IMG/VR virus record: IMGVR_UViG_3300031857_022279
DNA length: 64,000 nucleotides
Direction: 5' to 3' (one strand)
Origin: a virus
Shown here: positions 58,960 to 64,000 of the stretch, one piece after another
How positions within the stretch are numbered: the first letter of the stretch is position 1
How the letters are laid out: each line of letters opens with the position of its first letter
Program-made: the position numbers and the translations under genes
Notes under the pieces: generated by a model
Told to the model about the DNA's origin: nothing
Databases searched by the model: none
The model's input: the letters and a program-made list of their open reading frames with translations, nothing else

Positions 58960-59408
58960 TTAAATTTAATATAATTGCCATGAATATCTTTCAAAAAATT
59001 AAATTGTTTCGAGAGTATAAAAAAGTCATAAGAAATAATGAAGTCACTCTAGAACAAGACTACAATATTAGAATAGACAGAGCATCAAGACTTTATACCG
59101 TTCTTAATATTCCTCAAGAATTATATGGAGAGCCATATAATCTTAGAACTTCAGACATTGATACAATTTCACAAACATATATTAAAGAATATGTGTCAAG
59201 AGTATCTTCTTATCTTAATTCTGTAGGTTTAAACGAGTTGTATGACTTTTATGAAAATGTAAAAAAGGTTGATAAATACTCATACCTTATAGTTCTTGGA
59301 TTTAAACCACTAAACTCGGTTAAATATTATAATGTGGTCTATTTTAGACTGTTACCAATTTTAATTACATCTTCGATTATTACCTTATTATATTTCATTT
59401 TCCGATAA
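58956..59408 (+). CDS. Hypothetical protein with C-terminal TM helix
   Basis: ORF overlapping the TMP-like stop. Confidence 0.7.
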   Translation: MIKFNIIAMNIFQKIKLFREYKKVIRNNEVTLEQDYNIRIDRASRLYTVLNIPQELYGEPYNLRTSDIDTISQTYIKEYVSRVSSYLNSVGLNELYDFYENVKKVDKYSYLIVLGFKPLNSVKYYNVVYFRLLPILITSSIITLLYFIFR

Positions 59409-59452
59409 ACAAAGATCATAATATTTATTATAAATAAAAAAAATATTTATTT

Positions 59453-59878
59453 ATGGGTAAATTTTACGATGTATCACAAGATACTCAAGATACATTTTAC
59501 GAAGTTTTCAATAAAAAAACCTTCCCACTCGCTGTTAAGTTTCAGTTCTTAGGTTCTGAATCACAGAAAAATCTAATTAAAATATCTAAACTTCCTGACC
59601 AATATGGATTTCTTTTAGAAAAAGAACTTCTAGTATTAATCAATGAAGATTTGATGTCTGTATTTGATGATGAGTCAATTACAATCCTTATTGAACAGGA
59701 AATCGATAAGATTTCTATAGATACACAGTCTGGTAAAATTAAAATGATTAAGCCAGATTTAACAACATTTTCATCACTTATCTCAAAGTATGGGGTTGAT
59801 AAAGTAGCAAAGGCAAATCAAGTCGAAGATCTATATCACCAACAATTAAAAGATGGAAAAGAAGAATTTATTGCATAA
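59453..59878 (+). CDS. Hypothetical protein
   Basis: 141-aa ORF; weak resemblance to phage metallopeptidase-like folds but no HExxH. Confidence 0.7.
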   Translation: MGKFYDVSQDTQDTFYEVFNKKTFPLAVKFQFLGSESQKNLIKISKLPDQYGFLLEKELLVLINEDLMSVFDDESITILIEQEIDKISIDTQSGKIKMIKPDLTTFSSLISKYGVDKVAKANQVEDLYHQQLKDGKEEFIA

Positions 59879-59881
59879 AAC

Positions 59882-60118
59882 ATGGAAAATCTACAAACAG
59901 TATACTACACAGCTCTTAAAAAGAGATACGAGTCTCAAATAGCGGAAGCAGAGGCTAATCTTACTCTTTACTTTAGTTCTAAAAATCTAGCTGCTATCGG
60001 TGAGCACTCTGACCTACTTACAGAACATGATAGGTGGATAGAACAATTGGCAAATGCTAAAGACAAGTTGGAGACACTAGAGAATTTTATCTCTACTGGT
60101 CTAACTATAAATGGATAA
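59882..60118 (+). CDS. Small conserved-type phage protein (IGEHSD motif)
   Basis: Y...I.EA.ANL..Y......IGEHSD pattern. Confidence 0.7.
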   Translation: MENLQTVYYTALKKRYESQIAEAEANLTLYFSSKNLAAIGEHSDLLTEHDRWIEQLANAKDKLETLENFISTGLTING

Positions 60119-60137
60119 AAAAATAAAATAAGAAAAT

Positions 60138-60785
60138 ATGTCACAAACAAAATTAGAAGTTAACACGGTTAAACCAGACTTGTTTTTCACTAAAAAGGAA
60201 AACACCTTCAGAATCTTAGATACAGATACTGAATTTACATTGGATTCTTCAATTACCACCCTAGAAGAGTATATCAAAAACACCAATGGATTTGGTAAGA
60301 GTGAAGAACAAAAAGATATGGATTACGCTCACGCTCAATATCTATGGAAAGAGTATCAAACAGAGTTGAAAAATTGCAAACTAAATTTTCATCTCGATCA
60401 AAGTCAATATTCTCTTTTGACCGACCTTTTGATAAAGAAGCTTGAATATGATACAAATACTGTTTTCATTGCAATCGAATTAGTAGATTTACTCGGATCA
60501 ATTAAAGGTACTAAATTTCAAGGAGAAGAAGTAAAGTCTTTTAAAGTCACCGCTACAGAAATTACTTATATCTATCACCTTATTCAGAATTATAAAGTTA
60601 AGGGTCTATCAAAAGAAGCATTCACTTTTGCTGAAATTCTTAGACGGATTGGCGAAATTTCTAAAGTAGTTAGTTTCTATGATGCGAGAGCAAAGAACTT
60701 TACTGAAGAAATCGCTAAATGGGCTCTTAGTTTAGATGCAGATTCGGCGAGTCTAATTTATGAAGTGCCAGGAAAAACAGAATAG
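60138..60785 (+). CDS. Hypothetical protein
   Basis: 215-aa ORF. Confidence 0.75.
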   Translation: MSQTKLEVNTVKPDLFFTKKENTFRILDTDTEFTLDSSITTLEEYIKNTNGFGKSEEQKDMDYAHAQYLWKEYQTELKNCKLNFHLDQSQYSLLTDLLIKKLEYDTNTVFIAIELVDLLGSIKGTKFQGEEVKSFKVTATEITYIYHLIQNYKVKGLSKEAFTFAEILRRIGEISKVVSFYDARAKNFTEEIAKWALSLDADSASLIYEVPGKTE

Positions 60786-60811
60786 TATTAATTCTATTTT
60801 GACCATTAGAA

Positions 60812-61015
60812 TCACAAATTTCGATTTTTTAAAAATTCTTTAAAATTCAAAATTTGTGATTCTTTTATTTTATTAGGTAGCTTCTTAAAAGAGACATCTT
60901 TAGTCCACTCTTCATCAAAAACCCATTTCATATTTTTTGGCGCCTTCTTTTTAGATCCCCATTTTCTTCTCATTGCCCAAATAAATTTGAATTGTTGTTT
61001 TGACCTTGATGGCAT
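60812..61015 (-). CDS. Small basic protein (MPSRSKQQ...)
   Basis: MP..SK.Q N-terminus common in phage small proteins; C-terminal ESQILNFKEF. Confidence 0.7.
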   Translation of the reverse strand: MPSRSKQQFKFIWAMRRKWGSKKKAPKNMKWVFDEEWTKDVSFKKLPNKIKESQILNFKEFLKNRNL

Positions 61016-61020
61016 TATTT

Positions 61021-62112
61021 TTACTTATTTTCTAAGAATTTATAAAGCTTCTTTAAATATATATTCCTGTCATATTCAAAATTTGTCATAAGATGAACCA
61101 CGTAAGTAAAATAGAGAAGCTTATCTATTAGGTTAGTTTTATCCATCTCACCTCCTGGGTATCTAAATTCAATATAGTTAAATCTTTTTAGAGGTATTAA
61201 ATTAACCCCATAGTTTTTATAACCTTTTTCATTTAGAATTCGGATAAGTCTATCATTTAATATATTTTCTATATCGGAAATTTTTTCATCTTGCATTAAC
61301 TTTTTACATTCTTCAATTAGATTCTTTTCTTTAGTTAGTTCGGATATTAAAGAACCGCAAAATTTAGAATTTTTTCTCCATTCCATGTTTTTAAATACAA
61401 ATGGGTCATCACCTGTATCATTTAAAAACAAAAGTCCTTTTATTATATTGTAATTGGTTGATTCCTTGAGTCCAATATTAATATGTATTCCAGTATTTTC
61501 TGTAAATTTCCAATATTTTTGAATACTATATGAATCATAGAAATCTTGAATGAATCCGATTAAGTCATCAATTGAGTTGAAATATGTTAGATTTGAAAGT
61601 TCAATTCCTCTATTTAAAGTATTATCTAGTTCAAACTTTAATACACTTTTGTATTTTTTATAAAAATCTTTGAAATTACTTCTGAATTGATTCTCTAAAT
61701 AATTAAAATCATCAGAGTAGAAATAAGATAAAACTTGTGGCTTTATTAATTGAACTATTAATTTATTTTCGCCTTCATAAGATTCCTCTTCTAATATTTC
61801 ATCTACTAAATATTCATAATCTTCCCATTCGTATTTTATCTCGTTTAGTATTGTCTCTATAAATTCTTGGATTTTCTCGGTAATAGTAAATTCATCTATT
61901 CTAAGAAGATGTTTTATGACTGAATTTTTTATCTTCAAGACAATCTCATTAACATATTTTTCACTATAATCAATATCACCATCTGTTAAGTCTTCTGTCT
62001 CTAACTCAATTTCTATTGATGATGTGAAAAGATCTGATATTTCTTTTTTTCTAAATAAGTTCAGTTTACCACTTTTTACTTCATTTATAAAATCCGTGTA
62101 TTTGAAAATCAT
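61021..62112 (-). CDS. Second putative amidoligase
   Basis: IEIELET...FELDNTL..GIEL...NTGIHINIG...YGVNL...IEFRYPGG; N-terminal MIFKYTDFINE. Confidence 0.72.
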   Translation of the reverse strand: MIFKYTDFINEVKSGKLNLFRKKEISDLFTSSIEIELETEDLTDGDIDYSEKYVNEIVLKIKNSVIKHLLRIDEFTITEKIQEFIETILNEIKYEWEDYEYLVDEILEEESYEGENKLIVQLIKPQVLSYFYSDDFNYLENQFRSNFKDFYKKYKSVLKFELDNTLNRGIELSNLTYFNSIDDLIGFIQDFYDSYSIQKYWKFTENTGIHINIGLKESTNYNIIKGLLFLNDTGDDPFVFKNMEWRKNSKFCGSLISELTKEKNLIEECKKLMQDEKISDIENILNDRLIRILNEKGYKNYGVNLIPLKRFNYIEFRYPGGEMDKTNLIDKLLYFTYVVHLMTNFEYDRNIYLKKLYKFLENK

Positions 62113-62146
62113 ATAATATTTATTATTTTACAAAAGCCATATAATA

Positions 62147-62175
62147 AAAAAACGAGACTAGTGCCTCGTTTTTTT
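62147..62175 (-). terminator. Terminator
   Basis: AAAAAACGAG-actagtgc-CTCGTTTTTT. Confidence 0.6.
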
Positions 62176-62193
62176 AATAAAATATTATTCTTA

Positions 62194-62730
62194 TTAAGAA
62201 GGTAGTTCCTCAGTACCTTCTTCTTTAGATTCTTCTTCCTTTTCTTCAGTACTTTCTTCCTTTTCTTCCTCTTTTACTTCTTCGAAGTCATCGGAATTTT
62301 CTTCTGCCGGTGTTTCTGTTTCAACTTCAGTCTCAACTTTAACCTCAGGCTCAGCTTCAGCAACCGGCTCTTCTGTTGTTTCAGTAGATTCAACTGGTTC
62401 TTCCGTTGTTTCAGTTTCAGTTGGTGTAGCAGGTTGAGAGTCATCTTTTCCACCCATAAGAGCTTCAGCTGGAATTTTATCAACATTCAAGAAGTTCAAG
62501 TTTATGTACTTAACAATCTCTTCTGCAATATCAACATCTCCAAAAAACTGACGTAGATTTTTACCAGCTGTATCTTTGACTTTCTTTACATAAGAATTTA
62601 TTAAAGATTGTGGTATATCTACAAACGTTCTTACTTTATAGATATCATTTACTTGTAAAACAGATTCTTTTATAATTTCAGATTTTTTTCTATCTGTAGT
62701 GTATTTTTCAAATTTTCTTAGATGTTTCAT
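62194..62730 (-). CDS. Hypothetical protein with acidic E/T/P tail (MKHLRKFEKY N-terminus)
   Basis: ORF track; shared motif. Confidence 0.78.
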   Translation of the reverse strand: MKHLRKFEKYTTDRKKSEIIKESVLQVNDIYKVRTFVDIPQSLINSYVKKVKDTAGKNLRQFFGDVDIAEEIVKYINLNFLNVDKIPAEALMGGKDDSQPATPTETETTEEPVESTETTEEPVAEAEPEVKVETEVETETPAEENSDDFEEVKEEEKEESTEEKEEESKEEGTEELPS

Positions 62731-62772
62731 CCTTTTGATTAATTTTTTATATACTATATATTAGTTTTTTAA

Positions 62773-63270
62773 TTAGCTTTTTATTAAGAATATTGCAGTC
62801 ACTATAACTACCGCGGTATTAAGACCAACACTCACAAATTTGCCTAATTTTTGTCTAAATACTTCTTTTTTCAACTCCTTAATCTCTTCATCTTTTATTT
62901 TAATTATATCATCACAGAGATCTCCTCCGCCTTGGCATCTCTCTAAAGCCATTTTCAGATCTTTGATCTCATCATCTTTAGCCTTTCCCTGTGACTCTAG
63001 ATCTTTAACCTTGACTTCAAACAAAGCAATTTTTTCACCAAGAGCATTTATTACTTTCACATAATTAGCATCAATATTATCACAATCAATTTGAAGCTGC
63101 TTAAATAATCCAAGAAGTTCTAAGTCATTGTCAAGTTTTTGAGCTTGTTCGATAGAAATAACAATTCCAATTGTGTCACCATTTTCTACTAGGTAGTAAG
63201 GCGTATCCTTTGATTGAGAAAATGATATTGTGCTCATAAGAGTTAGTAATAAAATTAGTAAGTGTTTCAT
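62773..63270 (-). CDS. Exported coiled-coil protein with C-terminal TM (spanin-like candidate)
   Basis: Signal peptide SFS|Q; coiled coil; C-terminal hydrophobic helix; overlaps the upstream TM-coiled-coil gene. Confidence 0.55.
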   Translation of the reverse strand: MKHLLILLLTLMSTISFSQSKDTPYYLVENGDTIGIVISIEQAQKLDNDLELLGLFKQLQIDCDNIDANYVKVINALGEKIALFEVKVKDLESQGKAKDDEIKDLKMALERCQGGGDLCDDIIKIKDEEIKELKKEVFRQKLGKFVSVGLNTAVVIVTAIFLIKS

Positions 63271-63689
63271 TTTTTCGTTGTTTTTTCTTTTAGAGACTCA
63301 ATTAATAAATCTCCCTCTCTTTTAATCGGGTTTTTTGTAAGATTTTCTATTTTCTTTTCAGTCTCTTTCTTTTTGTCCTTTTGTACCTGTAGATCCCCTC
63401 TTAGTATCTGAATCTGTATGTCTTTTAAAGCAATAACTTTATTTATAGAATCTATTTTAAACTGATATTTAGCTGCTTCGATTGAATCTTGTTTAGCTTC
63501 AAGTTTATAAAATTCAACCTCTTGTTTAAGTTGTTCTCTTTTTTCTTCTAATTCCTCCGATCTTTGTTCTAAGTTTTTTATAAGTCTTTTGTGACCAGAA
63601 GAATCATAAAAATAAAAGAAAAGTAGAAATATAGCAATACCAGAAACTACAAGAATTAGCCAAGTTTTTGGATCAAAATTTATTTTCAT
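63267..63689 (-). CDS. N-terminal TM + coiled-coil protein (i-spanin-like candidate)
   Basis: WLILVVSGIAIFLLFFYFY followed by long heptads. Confidence 0.55.
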   Translation of the reverse strand: MKINFDPKTWLILVVSGIAIFLLFFYFYDSSGHKRLIKNLEQRSEELEEKREQLKQEVEFYKLEAKQDSIEAAKYQFKIDSINKVIALKDIQIQILRGDLQVQKDKKKETEKKIENLTKNPIKREGDLLIESLKEKTTKK

Positions 63690-63700
63690 TTCTTTTTATT

Positions 63701-63708
63701 TATATTTG
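63701..63708 (+). promoter_or_regulatory. Bacteroidota -7 element TAnnTTTG upstream of the terminal HAD gene
   Basis: TATATTTG about 45 nt before GTG 63754. Confidence 0.4.
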
Positions 63709-63753
63709 TATTTGTATATAATATATATCTAAAATTAAAACCTTTTAATTTCT

Positions 63754-64000
63754 GTGAAAAACCTTTCGATTTTCGATTTTGATAATACTCTTTGTTTCAC
63801 ACCTGAATCAAAAGAAGGTATGGAAATTTATAAAAATAAGACCGGTCAAGAGTGGCCTTATCCAGGTTGGTGGGGTAGAAAAGAATCACTTGATACTGAT
63901 ATTTTTGATATTCCTCTTAATAAAGTTGTTTATGATAAATATCTATCTTCTAAAGGAGATTATTTAGTACTTGCAACTGGTAGACTCTCAAAATTAACAA
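63754..64000 (+). CDS. HAD-superfamily (Swiss-Army-knife RNA-repair-like) protein, partial; absent from ORF track
   Basis: GTG start: (M)KNLSIFDFDNTLCFTP...WPYPGWWGRKESLD...LATGR; runs off the window end. Confidence 0.8.
   Translation, partial: MKNLSIFDFDNTLCFTPESKEGMEIYKNKTGQEWPYPGWWGRKESLDTDIFDIPLNKVVYDKYLSSKGDYLVLATGRLSKLT

Noticed and set aside
2294-63064. Numerous short antisense or alternate-frame ORFs inside long genes (e.g. 8028, 9722, 11144, 15074, 48231, 50958, 58497, 62840)
   Set aside because: Fully nested in well-supported genes, with composition typical of shadow frames
63779-63967. 62-aa plus-strand ORF in the track
   Set aside because: Wrong frame; the overlapping GTG-started frame from 63754 encodes clear HAD motifs
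1-64000. Stop-codon reassignment (as in some Bacteroidota megaphages)
   Set aside because: Known genes are full-length under code 11, and TAG (e.g. 6104, 41221, 60785) and TGA (2991, 58959) end genes tightly against the next gene. The only broken core gene is polB, whose stop is TAA with a frame change.
1-64000. tRNA, rRNA or riboswitch genes
   Set aside because: Intergenic gaps are short and AT-rich; I saw no cloverleaf, T-loop (GTTCGA) context or other structured RNA beyond terminators and the polB hairpin. tRNAscan or Infernal was not run.

Overview
Very AT-rich, gene-dense 64 kb segment of a very large tailed phage with T4-like (Tevenvirinae-distant) replication and structural genes. These include UvsX/RecA, UvsW helicase, a gp61-like primase, a clamp-like protein, the C-terminal half of a split family B DNA polymerase, a gp5-like baseplate hub and a 2959-aa tape-measure-like protein. 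The host is very likely a Bacteroidota: there are two proteins with T9SS C-terminal sorting domains, signal peptides followed by Gln, an Hc1-like histone, TAnnTTTG promoter elements and SD-less A-rich starts. Standard code 11 fits; I saw no tRNA, rRNA or CRISPR array. The standout signal is in the polB gene. Its conserved fingers motif (YYNALQLA|LKLILNGSYG) is interrupted by a 38-nt out-of-frame insert made of matched GCT take-off/landing codons, a CGA-TAA, a 9-bp hairpin and an SD-like GAGGGG. This is the architecture of programmed translational bypassing (T4 gene 60 / mitochondrial byps type). Other notable points: a T4 capsid-targeting-like N-terminal motif (MKxxxxFxxE) on about 15 unrelated proteins including enzymes; phage-encoded T9SS cargo; a tape-measure-like protein ending in a peptidase S74 chaperone; a gp5 carrying an L,D-transpeptidase-like domain; and a recurring (A/T)ATATATA putative late promoter. 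All calls are from motif recognition by eye; no database searches were run.
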